This document shows positions 21,551 through 31,757 of a stretch of 64,000 bases of DNA, piece by piece. Source of the DNA: Thermoanaerobaculia bacterium (lineage in GTDB: Bacteria; Acidobacteriota; Thermoanaerobaculia; Multivoradales; JAHEKO01); the NCBI GenBank assembly GCA_041567315.1, contig JBFGCA010000009.1, forward strand, positions 339 to 64,338. Reading direction: 5' to 3'. The position numbers and the translations under genes are program-made. The notes under the pieces were generated by a model. The model was not told where the DNA came from. It searched no databases and saw only the letters and a program-made list of their open reading frames with translations. How positions within the stretch are numbered: position 1 is the first letter of the stretch; every line of letters begins with the position of its first letter.

Positions 21551-22765
21551 ATGGGCGCCGTTGGTCGGATATCGTTCCCGCCGATGTCCCCCGAGCCGCT
21601 GCCGATCGACGGCGCCCGGATCCTGGAGAGTGCCCACCGGCTGGCCTTTCCCCGCTATCCGGGGACGGTCGGCGACGCCCGCGCCATCGAGCTGGTCGAG
21701 CAGGAGCTGCGCGGGGCGGGCCTGGCGGTCGACCGCCAGGAGTTCTCGTACGACGTTCGCCCGGCCTTCCGGGCGCTGCGCGTGCTGATGGTGGTCTGTG
21801 CGCTGCTGGTGGCCGGTGCCGGGCTGACGGCAGGGGGATCGCCGGGTCTCGCCGCCGCGCTGCTGGCGGCGGCCCTGCTGGCGGGTGGTGCGTTCCTGGT
21901 CTGGGCGCCGGGTCTGGAGCGGCTCTACCGGCGCGACGGTCCCACCCGCACGGCCAACGTCGAGGGGCGGGTGGTGACCGGCGGGCAGAGTGCCGGCGAG
22001 CCGCGGCTGCGGCTGGTGGTGCTCGCCCACCACGACAGCAAGTCGCAGAGCCTCACGCTGCCGTGGCGGGTGGGGCTCACCCTGGCCGCCCTGGCGGGGG
22101 CGCTGACTCTGGCCGGCGTCCTGATCGCGGCGGCGGCGGGTGCCGCACCCCCGCCGTGGCTGCCACCGGCGGCCGGTCTGTCGGCGGCGGCCGCGCTGCT
22201 GGTGCTCGCCACCCTGCGCAACGGCAACCTGTCGCCGGGCGGAGTGGACAACGCCGGCTCGGTGGGCGTCCTGCTCGAGCTCGCGCGGGTGCTGCCGGGG
22301 CGGACGCCGGCGGGCGTCGAGCTGGTCTTCCTGTCGCCGGGGGCCGAGGAGGACCACATGGTAGGGGCGATGCGCTGGCTGGACCGCCACGCCGAGGAGC
22401 TGGCAGCGCTGCCGGTCTACGCACTCAATCTGGACGGCGCCGGCATCCCCGGGCGCCTCACCCTGCTCGAGCGCTACGGGCTGGGTCGGCCCTTCTCGCC
22501 GCGGCTCTCGGCGCTGGCCCGCCAGGCGGCGGCGCGGCTCGGCATCCCGGTGCGGGGCATCCTGATGCCTCCCGCCCTCGGCGTCGACGCCATCCCGTTC
22601 GCCCACCGCGGCGTCGAGTGCCTGACCCTGGCCAGCGGCTCGCTGGGGCGCGCCGTGCTAGCCATCCACTCGGCGGGCGACCGGGCCGAGCACCTCGATC
22701 GCGAGGCGCTGGTCCAGGCCGCCCGCCTGGCGGCCGAAGTGTTGCTGTCCGTCGCTAGAACCTGA
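21551..22765 (+). CDS. M28-family zinc peptidase with a membrane-spanning insert
   Basis: HHDS, GGVDNAGSVGVLLELAR and GAEEDHMVGAMRW motifs. An alternative start at 21584 (MSPEPL) is possible. Confidence 0.7.
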   Translation: MGAVGRISFPPMSPEPLPIDGARILESAHRLAFPRYPGTVGDARAIELVEQELRGAGLAVDRQEFSYDVRPAFRALRVLMVVCALLVAGAGLTAGGSPGLAAALLAAALLAGGAFLVWAPGLERLYRRDGPTRTANVEGRVVTGGQSAGEPRLRLVVLAHHDSKSQSLTLPWRVGLTLAALAGALTLAGVLIAAAAGAAPPPWLPPAAGLSAAAALLVLATLRNGNLSPGGVDNAGSVGVLLELARVLPGRTPAGVELVFLSPGAEEDHMVGAMRWLDRHAEELAALPVYALNLDGAGIPGRLTLLERYGLGRPFSPRLSALARQAAARLGIPVRGILMPPALGVDAIPFAHRGVECLTLASGSLGRAVLAIHSAGDRAEHLDREALVQAARLAAEVLLSVART

Positions 22766-24884
22766 ACCGGAGCTGGCCGGTCACCTTGCGGTCCAGCAGG
22801 TCGCCGAAGACGTGCTGCTGGATCTCCTCGTCGAAGACGTTCTGGCCGATCAGCGACAGGGTGACCCGCTCGTCGGCCAGCCGCACCCCCAGCGACAGGT
22901 TGACCTGGGTGTAGGCGTCGGTCGGGCCCCAGAAGGTCGGCCCGAAGATGTCGGTCCAGAACGCCTCGTCGGCGTAGTTGACGTTGCCGCTGGCGAAGAA
23001 CCGCGGCCCGTTGTAGGCCGCCCCGACGTTGGCGCGGTGCTCGGGCGGGGTGTTGATGGCGTCGCGGACGGTGCCGTTGGGCAGCGTCTCCCGGTCGATG
23101 CCGGTGGCTGTCGGCTCGTCCTGGTAGGAGTAGTTGAAAAAGAACGACCACCCGGGCGACGGCTGGTAGTTGAGCGACAGCTCCACCCCCTGGTCCTCGA
23201 TCTCGCCGATGTTGCGATAGTTGAACTGGAGCGGGAACAGGCCGGCGAAGCCGAACGGCGGCGGCACGTCGAGCAGGAACGGCGGGAACGGCCAGCCCGG
23301 CGGCGGGAAGGCCGAGCTGTAGGCCAGCGACTGGAAGAAGTCGGTCGAGTCGGTGGTCTTGTTGCGATACACCGACAGGGTGAAGGTGGTGGGTCCGAAG
23401 GTCCCCACGTAGCCCACCTCGTAGGCGTCCAGCCGCTCCTCCTGGAGACGCGAGTTGCCCACCGCCTGGGAGGGCAGAATGAGCACCGTTGGGGTGGTCG
23501 TGAACGGCGGGATCGGGGGCAGCACCACCAGGTTGACGATGGTCACGTCGAGGAAGTTGTTGATCATCGACGGCGCCCGGAAGGCGCGGTTGTACGACAC
23601 CCGGAAGGTGTGGTTGGGCTTGGGCGAGAACAGCAGGCTGGTGCGCGGCGAGACCACCGTGCCGATGGGGTCGATGTCGTCCCAGCGGCCACCGATCAGC
23701 CAGCGCACCTTGTCGCCCAGCAGGATCTCGTCCTGGATGAAAAAGCCGTACTCTTCGCGCTTGTCGCCGGCCGGGGCGATGGACAGGTCGAAGTCGTTGC
23801 GGCGGGCGGTGGCGCCCCAGGTCAGGACGTTGCGCTCGCCGAGCACCCGGGTGTCGCTGAAGTCGAGGTTGTAGGTCTCGCTCTGGAACTGGAAGGCGAT
23901 CGGCCGCCCGGTGGCGTCGCGGGCCAGCAGGTTGGTGGCCTCGCCGTCGAGGACGTTGACGAAGAAGCTGAAGCGGGTGGCGCGCCGGGTCCAGTCGGCC
24001 TTGACGTAGCTCATCAGCGACCCGCGATCGATGTCGAAGGGGCCGATGCCGGAGTGGATGATGCCCTCGGTGGAGGCGTAGCCGCCGGCGAACGACCAGG
24101 TGGTGTCGTCGCTCTGGTCGTAGTCGAAGCGCAGGTTGAGCTTGGGCTGGTCGGTCCCCTGATTGACGAAGTCGGGATAGGGAGTGCCGTTGGGGTTGGT
24201 GGGGCCGACGCTGCCCGGGATGATGCCGGTCGGCCGGTCGTAGGGCTCCTGCTCGAAATAGGAGGCGGCGAGCTTGTAGCCCAGCTTGCCGCTGACCCCG
24301 GCGTGGGTGACGCTGCCGTAGGCGGTGCCGAAGTTGCCCGCCCCGAGCGTGACGCTGGTGCCCCGCATCTCCTTGGGCGGCTTGGTGATCAGGTTGATCA
24401 CCCCGCTCATCGCGTTGGCGCCCCACACCGCGCTGCCGGGGCCGCGCACCACCTCGATCTGTTTGATCTCCTGCGGATCGAGCGGCACGAAGTCCCACAT
24501 CACGAAGCCGAAGAAGTCCAGATAGAGCGTCCGGTTGTCCATCAACACCAGCTGGCTGGTGGCCAGGCTGTTGGTGGCGGCGCGGCCGGTGATCTGGATG
24601 TCGCGGGCGCTCATCTGCGAGACGTTGAGCCCCGGCACGTTGCGCAGGTAGTCGCCGTAGTCGTCGGCCGGGATCTGCTCGATCTGCTCGGCGGTCAGCA
24701 CGGTGATCGCCGCCGGCACCTCGTGGACCGGCTGCTCGGTGCGGCTGGCGGTGACCACCAGCACCTCCTCCACCTTCTCCAAGTCGCCGGCGGGCTCGGC
24801 GGCGGCCGCCGGGGCCTCCTGGGCGGGCAGCGCTGGCGGCAGCAGGATCGACATCAGGCCGAGCAGTTTGGCAATCCGACTCAT
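22755..24884 (-). CDS. TonB-dependent outer-membrane receptor
   Basis: AAGGAG RBS. Signal peptide. Plug-domain TonB box region (EEVLVVTASR). Terminal ...LRFRF. The 3' end overlaps the M28 gene by 11 bp (convergent). Confidence 0.85.
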   Translation of the reverse strand: MSRIAKLLGLMSILLPPALPAQEAPAAAAEPAGDLEKVEEVLVVTASRTEQPVHEVPAAITVLTAEQIEQIPADDYGDYLRNVPGLNVSQMSARDIQITGRAATNSLATSQLVLMDNRTLYLDFFGFVMWDFVPLDPQEIKQIEVVRGPGSAVWGANAMSGVINLITKPPKEMRGTSVTLGAGNFGTAYGSVTHAGVSGKLGYKLAASYFEQEPYDRPTGIIPGSVGPTNPNGTPYPDFVNQGTDQPKLNLRFDYDQSDDTTWSFAGGYASTEGIIHSGIGPFDIDRGSLMSYVKADWTRRATRFSFFVNVLDGEATNLLARDATGRPIAFQFQSETYNLDFSDTRVLGERNVLTWGATARRNDFDLSIAPAGDKREEYGFFIQDEILLGDKVRWLIGGRWDDIDPIGTVVSPRTSLLFSPKPNHTFRVSYNRAFRAPSMINNFLDVTIVNLVVLPPIPPFTTTPTVLILPSQAVGNSRLQEERLDAYEVGYVGTFGPTTFTLSVYRNKTTDSTDFFQSLAYSSAFPPPGWPFPPFLLDVPPPFGFAGLFPLQFNYRNIGEIEDQGVELSLNYQPSPGWSFFFNYSYQDEPTATGIDRETLPNGTVRDAINTPPEHRANVGAAYNGPRFFASGNVNYADEAFWTDIFGPTFWGPTDAYTQVNLSLGVRLADERVTLSLIGQNVFDEEIQQHVFGDLLDRKVTGQLRFRF

Positions 24885-25002
24885 GATGACTCCTTTCCCC
24901 GCAGGGTAGGCCTGCCCGGTCTTCGGCGGACGGCCTCGAGATTGCGTTCTGGCGAATGCGCTAGGGATGGTACCGCGGGCCGTGTCCGGCGACAAGCGGC
25001 TC

Positions 25003-25365
25003 CTACTCCTCCCTGGCGGCGAGGTCCTCGCACAGCCTCGCCACCGCCTGGAGCTTCTCCAGCTGACCGAGCCGGAACCCGGCGTGGAGAGTGACTGCCA
25101 GCACCCCCAGGGTGAACACGGTCTCCACCGACGCCGCCCACGGCAGGAACGGCGCTCCGTGGTCGCGTGCCAAGAACAGCACGGCGACCGCCATCAGGTC
25201 GACGCCCACCACCAGCACGGCCCGCCGCCGCGCCCGGGCCAGCGCCTCCAGCTCCGTGGCCCCGGTGAGGCCGTCCCCCTCGTCCTGCTGGCCCCGCTCA
25301 CCGGGCCGCCGCAGCCCCGCCACGTCTTCGGCCAGCATCGCCAGCACCGCTCGTGTGCGCCACAT
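25003..25365 (-). CDS. small hypothetical membrane protein (weak call)
   Basis: Two hydrophobic segments. No recognisable family. Confidence 0.3.
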   Translation of the reverse strand: MWRTRAVLAMLAEDVAGLRRPGERGQQDEGDGLTGATELEALARARRRAVLVVGVDLMAVAVLFLARDHGAPFLPWAASVETVFTLGVLAVTLHAGFRLGQLEKLQAVARLCEDLAAREE

Positions 25366-25698
25366 TGCCGGGAGCCTCCTCCGTCTCGGAATCACCGGAG
25401 TCTGTCACGACTGTGATGACGACCAAGGTTGCCGGAGCTGTGGCGAGAGCCGACCGCTGCGAGGCACGCCAGGGGACGCGACGGGCCTGTCTAGACTTCT
25501 TGGGGGAGGCCCGTCGCTCCGTCCGCCTCGCGCTGGACGGCCTTGGCCTTCGGCGGGATGCGCAAGCGCTCGTCTCCAGGCCCCTGTCGCACCCCGCTGC
25601 GGCTGGCTCCTGCACGGCCGTGCCGGCTGAACCCGACCTACCCAGCTCTGCCTTCTCTTGCGGCGCTAGGAACCTGTTGGGGTTGTTAGGCTCAGGAG

Positions 25699-26526
25699 AT
25701 GCAAATCGTTTCAGGTCCCGCAGTTGTTGTTGCCGCGCTGGGCTTGGGTCTGATGGCTACGACCATTGGCTGGGCGGGTGAGCTGGTGGAAGTGCCGCCC
25801 GGGGCGGTGGTGCGGTGGCCGGGGGAGGGGGTCGAGCGGTGCGGGATGCTGGGCCGCAAGTGGGCGCCGCTCGAGGACGGCTGCTGGTACCCGATCGACC
25901 TGCTGACTGCGGCCGGCGAGCTGTCGCTGGCGCGCTGGCGGGAGGGCACGCTCGAAGAGCGGCGGGTGCGGGTCGCCGACTACCCCTACGAAGTCCAGCA
26001 CCTGACGGTCGACGACAGCCAGGTGGACCTCTCGGCCGAGGACCTGGCGCGGGTGCGGAGCGAGCAGCAGCGGGTGGGGGCGCTGTGGGGCCTCGACACG
26101 CCGCGCGCCTTCCGGCTGCCGCTGCTGGCGCCGCTCGAGGCGTTGCCGGCGGGTGGCCGCTTCGGCGCCCGGCGCTTCTTCAACCGCCAGCCGCGGAGCC
26201 CACACTCGGGCGCCGACTACGCGGCGCCGGAGGGCACGCCGGTGCGGGCGGTGGCGGCCGGGCGGGTGGCGCTGGCCGACGACCTGTTCTTCTCGGGCCG
26301 GAGCGTGTTCGTGGACCACGGCGACGGGCTGGTGAGCATGTACTTCCACTTGAACAAGATGGCGGTGGAGGAGGGTGACCGGCTCGAGAGGGGGGCGCTG
26401 GTGGGGTGGGTCGGTCAGACTGGCCGGGCCACGGGCCCCCACCTCCACTTCGGGCTCCGCTGGCGCCGTGCCCGGATCGATCCCGCCCTGATGCTGGCGC
26501 CCGAGGCGGCGCCGGAGGTGCGTTAG
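25699..26526 (+). CDS. M23-family (LytM-type) peptidase
   Basis: HSGADYAAPEGTPVRAVAAGRV, VFVDHGDGLVSMYFHL and GQTGRATGPHLHFGLR motifs. Confidence 0.8.
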   Translation: MQIVSGPAVVVAALGLGLMATTIGWAGELVEVPPGAVVRWPGEGVERCGMLGRKWAPLEDGCWYPIDLLTAAGELSLARWREGTLEERRVRVADYPYEVQHLTVDDSQVDLSAEDLARVRSEQQRVGALWGLDTPRAFRLPLLAPLEALPAGGRFGARRFFNRQPRSPHSGADYAAPEGTPVRAVAAGRVALADDLFFSGRSVFVDHGDGLVSMYFHLNKMAVEEGDRLERGALVGWVGQTGRATGPHLHFGLRWRRARIDPALMLAPEAAPEVR

Positions 26527-26574
26527 CCGAAGGCCACCACTGGCGGTGGGTAACCGCGCCGTCGAAGCTGCTGC

Positions 26575-28512
26575 TCAGGAGGGCGAAGGCCCGCTCGGAG
26601 AGGCCCCCTCCGGGGCGCCGTCCGCGGGGTCCGCGTCCGCGGCTGGCCGCCACCCGCGCTTGGTCAGCCAGGCGTTGGCCTCGTCGCGCTGCCGCTCGAA
26701 GATCGCCAGGTGCCAGACGTCGCCGGGCTTTGGCGCCAGCGTCTCGTCCACCGGCAGCATGCGCTCCCGGCGCTCGACGGCGAGCGGCAGGTAGATTTCC
26801 GCGGAGCTGGTGAGGGCCTCGGGGCCGGTGGTCTGCTGCTCGCCCCCGGGGGGCTCGGTGCTCGCCTCGGAAGGCAGCCAGCGCTCGATCCGGGCGGTGC
26901 CGTTCTCGAGCCGCACCGCCCACTGCTCGAGGTTGCGCGGCTCGGCGAAGAGGATCCGGGCTCCGGCCTCGGTGACCATCGAAGGCGTGACGCTGAGGTG
27001 GCCGCGGCGCAGGGCAACCCAGGCGCGCGCGGCCTTGAACTCGCCGCGGGCGCGCCGCGCGAAGGCCAGGTTGAGGCCGTCGTTGGGGGTCAGCGCCAGG
27101 CAGCCGGTGCGCCCGTCGAGCTCGGCCCGGGTGAGCAGCCGCTCGGTGAGGCCGTTGCCGAAAATGACCCGGAACCCGGCCTCCTCGGCCTCGCGGCTGT
27201 GGTCGGCGTTGGATTCGAGGAACAGCACCTCGCGACCGTCCTGGCGCAGCAGCTGCCCGACCGCCAGCGCCAGCCGGTCGGCGCCCAATATCACGTAGCC
27301 GGCGTCGCTGGCCCGCCGCAGACCGAGCAGCCGGGCCACCGGCCCGCCGGAGAGGCCCTGGATCAGGACGGTGGCGGCGATCACCAGGAAGACCAGGGCG
27401 CGCAGCTCGCTGCCGCCGGCGATACCGGCCTGCTCGAGCGTCTGTGCGAACAGCGAGGACACCGCGGCGGCGACGATGCCACGCGGTGCGAGCCAGGCGA
27501 GGAACGCCCGCTCGCGGGTCTCCAGCCGGGTGCCGGCGGTCGAGACCAGCACGTTGAGGGGCCGCACCACCAGCATCAGGGCGGCCACCGTCGCCACCCC
27601 GCCCCAGCCCAGGCCACGCACCTCGGCCAGCCGCACGTCGGCCGCCAGCAGGACGAAGAGCATGCCGATGAAGAGGACGGTCAGTTGCTCTTTGAACTCC
27701 TTGAGGTCGCTCAGCGCGCGGCTGCGGAAGTTACCCACGACCATCCCCGCCGCGGTCACTGCCACGATGCCGCTCTCGTGGATCGCGGCGTTGCTGACCT
27801 GGAAGACGGCGAGCACCAGCGACAGGGTGAAGACGTTCTCCAACCCCTCCGGCACCACCCCCTCGAAGCGCAGCAGGAAGGCAATCAGCAGCCCGGCCGC
27901 CGCGCCGATGGCGGCACCCAGCCCCAGCCGGAGCAGCAGGTCGAAGGCGCCGTGGGCCAGCGAGTCACCGCCCGGCGCCAGCACCACCTCGAGCGCCACG
28001 ACTGCGACGATGGCCCCGATGGCGTCGACCAGCACGCCTTCGGCCTCGAGCACGGTGGCGACGTTGTGCCGGACCTTGAGGCGGCGCAGGAGCGGGTTGA
28101 TGACCGTAGGACCGGTGACGATGACCAGCGAGCCGAACAGCACCGCCCGGGTCCAGTCCCACTCGAGCAACAGCCGGGCCGCCAGCGCGCCGCCCGCCCA
28201 GGTGACGAGCGCGCCCAGGGTGACCAGGCGCTGGATGCTGCGAGCCTCGCGTCGCAGCCGGTCGAAGTCGAGGTTGAGCCCGCCCTCGAAGAGGATCACC
28301 GCGACCGCGAAGGCGACCAGCACCTGGAGCGCCGGCCCCAGGCTATCCGGCTGGACCACCCCCAGCAGGTCGGGTCCCAGCACCACGCCGGCCCCCAGCA
28401 ACAGCACGATGCCGGGCAGCCGCAGGTGCCGGGCCGCCGCCTGGGCCAGCATGCCGACGGCGAGGGCCAGGCCGAGGGTCAGGGCGGGGTCGCTGAAAAC
28501 GTTGGACTCCAC
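26575..28512 (-). CDS. CPA1-type cation:proton antiporter (NhaP-like) with C-terminal TrkA-N/RCK domain
   Basis: GTG start at 28512 preceded by GGAAG. 12-13 TM helices. Cytoplasmic GYVILGADRLALAVGQLL...VLFLESN Rossmann-like tail. The 1574-aa ORF in the track is a frame artefact upstream of 28512. Confidence 0.8.
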   Translation of the reverse strand: MESNVFSDPALTLGLALAVGMLAQAAARHLRLPGIVLLLGAGVVLGPDLLGVVQPDSLGPALQVLVAFAVAVILFEGGLNLDFDRLRREARSIQRLVTLGALVTWAGGALAARLLLEWDWTRAVLFGSLVIVTGPTVINPLLRRLKVRHNVATVLEAEGVLVDAIGAIVAVVALEVVLAPGGDSLAHGAFDLLLRLGLGAAIGAAAGLLIAFLLRFEGVVPEGLENVFTLSLVLAVFQVSNAAIHESGIVAVTAAGMVVGNFRSRALSDLKEFKEQLTVLFIGMLFVLLAADVRLAEVRGLGWGGVATVAALMLVVRPLNVLVSTAGTRLETRERAFLAWLAPRGIVAAAVSSLFAQTLEQAGIAGGSELRALVFLVIAATVLIQGLSGGPVARLLGLRRASDAGYVILGADRLALAVGQLLRQDGREVLFLESNADHSREAEEAGFRVIFGNGLTERLLTRAELDGRTGCLALTPNDGLNLAFARRARGEFKAARAWVALRRGHLSVTPSMVTEAGARILFAEPRNLEQWAVRLENGTARIERWLPSEASTEPPGGEQQTTGPEALTSSAEIYLPLAVERRERMLPVDETLAPKPGDVWHLAIFERQRDEANAWLTKRGWRPAADADPADGAPEGASPSGPSPS

Positions 28513-28592
28513 GGGCTTCCTTCTACCACGCAGCGATCTGGCCGCGCGCTCGCCACCCGGCTTTGCCCGGTCCTCCGGCGGTAGGCGCTGAG

Positions 28593-31571
28593 CTACCGCA
28601 TCCGCAGCAAGCCGTTCGATTTCACGGCGGCTCCCGCCGTTGCCGAGCCGGACCCGCTGCCGGTGGCGCCGGAGCCCGACTCGCCCTCCGGGTAGAGCAC
28701 CCCGACGACGTAGTCCGCCGGGTCCAGGAAGCGCCGCGCCGAGTCGGCGAGCCGGTCCGGGGTCACCCGCGCCAGCAAAGCGTCGAAGTCGAGGACCAGC
28801 CGCGGGTCCCAGCCGTGGTCGTAGTAGGTCTCGAGGACGGCGAGCCAGAACGGGTTCTCGCGCAGGTCGGTCTCGCGCTCGCGGAGCTGGATCTCGCGCA
28901 CCTTCTCGGCGTAGCCGGCGTCGAGCTCGCCGGCGCGCGCGGCGGCGAGCTCCCGCCAGACGGCGGCGAGCAGCGGCTCCACGTTCTCGGGCGCGCAGCC
29001 GAAGCTGATGGTCAGGGTGTAGCGCTCGTGCGGCCTGGCGGAGAGCACGCCCCGCACCCCGACCCCGTAGGTCGCGCCCAGATCCTCGCGCAGCACCTCG
29101 CGGAGCCGGATGCGCAGCGCGTCGGCCAGCGAGCGCAGGTCGTGGTAGTTCTCGCGGCTCCATTCGGCGGGGCCCTCGAAAACCAGCTGCACCAGGCTCT
29201 TGGGCTCGAGACCCCGGCGCACCTCGACCTCGACCACTCCCTCGGGCGCCTCGACGCCGACGTCGCGCCAGGTCTCCTCGCGGCCGGTGGCCGGCAGACC
29301 ACCGAGATAGGTCTCGACCAGCGGCCGGATCGCCGCGGGGTCGAAGTTGCCCACCAGCAGGAAGGTGAAGTCGCCGGCGTCGGCGAAGCGCTCCTTGTAG
29401 AACCGCAGGGCGGCCTCGAGCTCCACCTCGGCGAGCAGCTCGACCGAGGGCGGCCGCCGCCGGGGATGGTTCCGGCTCAGCACCCGCGTCATCTCGTCGG
29501 CGAAGGCCGCCTCGGGCCGCGACTGCCGGTTCTCGAGGAACGAGCGCGTCCGTGCCTGGAAGGCCGCAAAGGCCTCCGGGTCGCGGCGCGGCGCGGTGAA
29601 GGAGAGGTAGACCAGCTGCAGCATGGTCTCGAGGTCGCGCGGCGAGGCGCGGCCGCGGAGACCCTCCTCGAGCTCGTCGACGTAGGGCCTGACCTCGACC
29701 ACCTTGCCGGCCAGCAGCTTTTCGAGCGCCACGCGGTCGAGCTCGCCGAGGCCGCCCTCGGCGGCCACGGTGTCGGCGAAGAGCGCCGAGGCGTGCTCGT
29801 CGTCCGCGGCCAGCGAGTGGCCGCCCGGGCTGAAGCCGGCCAGCAGCACCTCGTCGTTCTGGAAGTCGGTGGGCTTGAGCACCACCCGGACGCCGTTGGC
29901 GAGCCGCCACTCGGTGATCCCCACCTCGGGGATGGCGCTCTCGGCCACCACCGGGCCGGGCGCCGGCGGCGCCGCCAGCAGCGGCGCCTCGGCGATGCGG
30001 TCGACGTAGGGTTCGACCGGCCGCTCCTCGACCTCTTCGAACAGCGCCGCCAGCCGCGCCTCGGACGGCAGGGGCGAAGCGGCGTTCTCCGGGCCGCTGA
30101 CCAGCACCACCCGGTTGGACTCGCTGATCCATTGCGCCGCCAGCCGGTTGAGCTCCTCGAGACCGATGGTCGGCAGCAGCTCGCGGACCAGGGCCAGCTC
30201 GCGCTCGATCCCCGGCAGCGGCTCCTCGTCGAGGAAGTTGCGCAGGTACTCGGCGGCCAGCATGCCCGAGTCCAGCTTGTCGCGCTCGGCCCAGGCCTGT
30301 TCGTAGCGCCGCAGCAGCTCGGCCTTCATCCGCTCCAGCTCGCCGGCGGTGAAGCCGTGGCGGTCGACCCGCTCGACCTCGGTGAGCAGCGCCTCGAGAC
30401 CGCGCTCGACGCCACCCTCCTCGACCTGCGCCGCCTGCAGGTAGACGTCGCGGGTGCGGACGAAGCCGGCCGAGGTGGAGATGGCGAACACGAACGGCGG
30501 CTCGGGCCGGCGCCGGACCTCGTCGAGGCGCTGGTTGACCATCCCGTGGTAGAGCTGCTCGAGGAGCTGGCGCCGGTAGTCCCGCACCCGCCCCTGGGGC
30601 CGCCTCTCGAGCTTGTAGTAGACGCCCACCCGGGTCTGCGCCGCCTCCGGATCGGTGATCAGGGCGTAGAGGGTCTCCTCGTGTTCGGGCACCGGGTAGG
30701 AGCGGCGCGGGCGCGGCTCCGCCGGGTTGACCAGCGGTGCGAAGTACCGACGGATGAGACCGGTGATCGCGTCCGGGTCGAAGTCGCCCACCGCCACCAG
30801 CGCCATCAGCTCGGGCCGGTACCAGGCCCGGTAGAAGCGGCGGAGCGCCTCGTGGGGAGCGCTCCGCAGGATCTCGACGTCGCCGATCGGCAGCCGCTCG
30901 GCGTAGCGCGAGCCCTGGAAGAGCACCGGGAACTGGCGGTCGCGGATGCGGGCGTCGGCGCCGCGCCCGAGGCGCCACTCCTCGACGACGACGCCGCGCT
31001 CCTTGTCGATCTCCTCGCCCTCGAAGGCGATGCCCTGGGCCCAGTCCTGGAGGATCTGGAAGGCGCGCTCGAGGGTGTCGGGCTCGTCGGTCGGCACCTT
31101 CAGCAGATAGACCGTCTCGTCGAAGCTGGTGAAGGCGTTGACGTCGGGGCCGAAGCGCATCCCCAGCCGCTCCAGGTAGTCGAGCAGCTCGAGCTTCTCG
31201 AAGTTGCGGGTGCCGTTGAAGGCCATGTGCTCGACGAAGTGGGCCAGCCCCAGCTGGTCGTCGTCCTCCTGCATCGAGCCGGCGTCGACCGCCAGCCACA
31301 GCTCGGCGCGGTTCTGCGGGCGCCGGTTGGCGCGGACGTAGTAGGTCAGGCCGTTGTCGAGGCGGCCGATGGTGATCGCCGGGTCGGTCGGCAGCGCGGC
31401 CTCGAGGTCCGCGACGCCTTCGGGCCCGGGCGTGGCGGCTGCCGCGGCAGTCGGCGTGGTCTGGGGTACCGGGGTCGGAGCCGCCGGGGGGGTGGTGGGG
31501 GTCGGGGAGCCGGCGCAGGCCGCCAGCGTCAGCAGCAGGGCCGCCCGGAAAAGCGGGAGCAGTCGGTTCAT
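28593..31571 (-). CDS. two-domain M16-family (insulinase/pitrilysin-like) zinc peptidase, secreted/lipoprotein
   Basis: Inverted zincin motif HFVEHM (HxxEH) with a downstream Glu. 992 aa, i.e. an active half plus an inactive half. Signal peptide with Cys. Confidence 0.85.
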   Translation of the reverse strand: MNRLLPLFRAALLLTLAACAGSPTPTTPPAAPTPVPQTTPTAAAAATPGPEGVADLEAALPTDPAITIGRLDNGLTYYVRANRRPQNRAELWLAVDAGSMQEDDDQLGLAHFVEHMAFNGTRNFEKLELLDYLERLGMRFGPDVNAFTSFDETVYLLKVPTDEPDTLERAFQILQDWAQGIAFEGEEIDKERGVVVEEWRLGRGADARIRDRQFPVLFQGSRYAERLPIGDVEILRSAPHEALRRFYRAWYRPELMALVAVGDFDPDAITGLIRRYFAPLVNPAEPRPRRSYPVPEHEETLYALITDPEAAQTRVGVYYKLERRPQGRVRDYRRQLLEQLYHGMVNQRLDEVRRRPEPPFVFAISTSAGFVRTRDVYLQAAQVEEGGVERGLEALLTEVERVDRHGFTAGELERMKAELLRRYEQAWAERDKLDSGMLAAEYLRNFLDEEPLPGIERELALVRELLPTIGLEELNRLAAQWISESNRVVLVSGPENAASPLPSEARLAALFEEVEERPVEPYVDRIAEAPLLAAPPAPGPVVAESAIPEVGITEWRLANGVRVVLKPTDFQNDEVLLAGFSPGGHSLAADDEHASALFADTVAAEGGLGELDRVALEKLLAGKVVEVRPYVDELEEGLRGRASPRDLETMLQLVYLSFTAPRRDPEAFAAFQARTRSFLENRQSRPEAAFADEMTRVLSRNHPRRRPPSVELLAEVELEAALRFYKERFADAGDFTFLLVGNFDPAAIRPLVETYLGGLPATGREETWRDVGVEAPEGVVEVEVRRGLEPKSLVQLVFEGPAEWSRENYHDLRSLADALRIRLREVLREDLGATYGVGVRGVLSARPHERYTLTISFGCAPENVEPLLAAVWRELAAARAGELDAGYAEKVREIQLRERETDLRENPFWLAVLETYYDHGWDPRLVLDFDALLARVTPDRLADSARRFLDPADYVVGVLYPEGESGSGATGSGSGSATAGAAVKSNGLLRMR

Positions 31572-31757
31572 CTGTAGCCTTTCGTGGGGATGATTGCCAG
31601 CGCCCTGGTGGGTCGGGGGCGGGCGAAGGGCCGACTATACCGGCGCCGGCGGCCGGCGTCTGTCATAATGCCCTTCCCCTGAGGTGTGCTCGGGCTCGCC
31701 GGACCAGGCGGAAACCCGACGGAAATCCCTTCGTAAGTAGGACCCAACTGAGAGTTC

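Noticed and set aside
22755-22765. 11-bp 3' overlap of convergent M28 peptidase and TonB-receptor genes
   Set aside because: Both stop codons are read unambiguously from the sequence. Convergent end overlap is common in compact high-GC genomes and needs no special explanation.
24885-25002. Possible cobalamin/TPP riboswitch in front of the TonB-dependent receptor
   Set aside because: Only ~118 bp, and none of the conserved boxes (e.g. the B12 box) were recognised.
28513-31299. Upstream 930 codons of the 1574-aa ORF at 26575-31299
   Set aside because: This is a frame artefact. It overlaps the real M16 peptidase gene (28593-31571) in another frame. The antiporter starts at the GTG at 28512, which has an RBS.
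31666-31671. CATAAT -10-like hexamer in the divergent M16/RND intergenic region
   Set aside because: No acceptable -35 at 16-18 bp spacing on either strand. Too weak to call a promoter.
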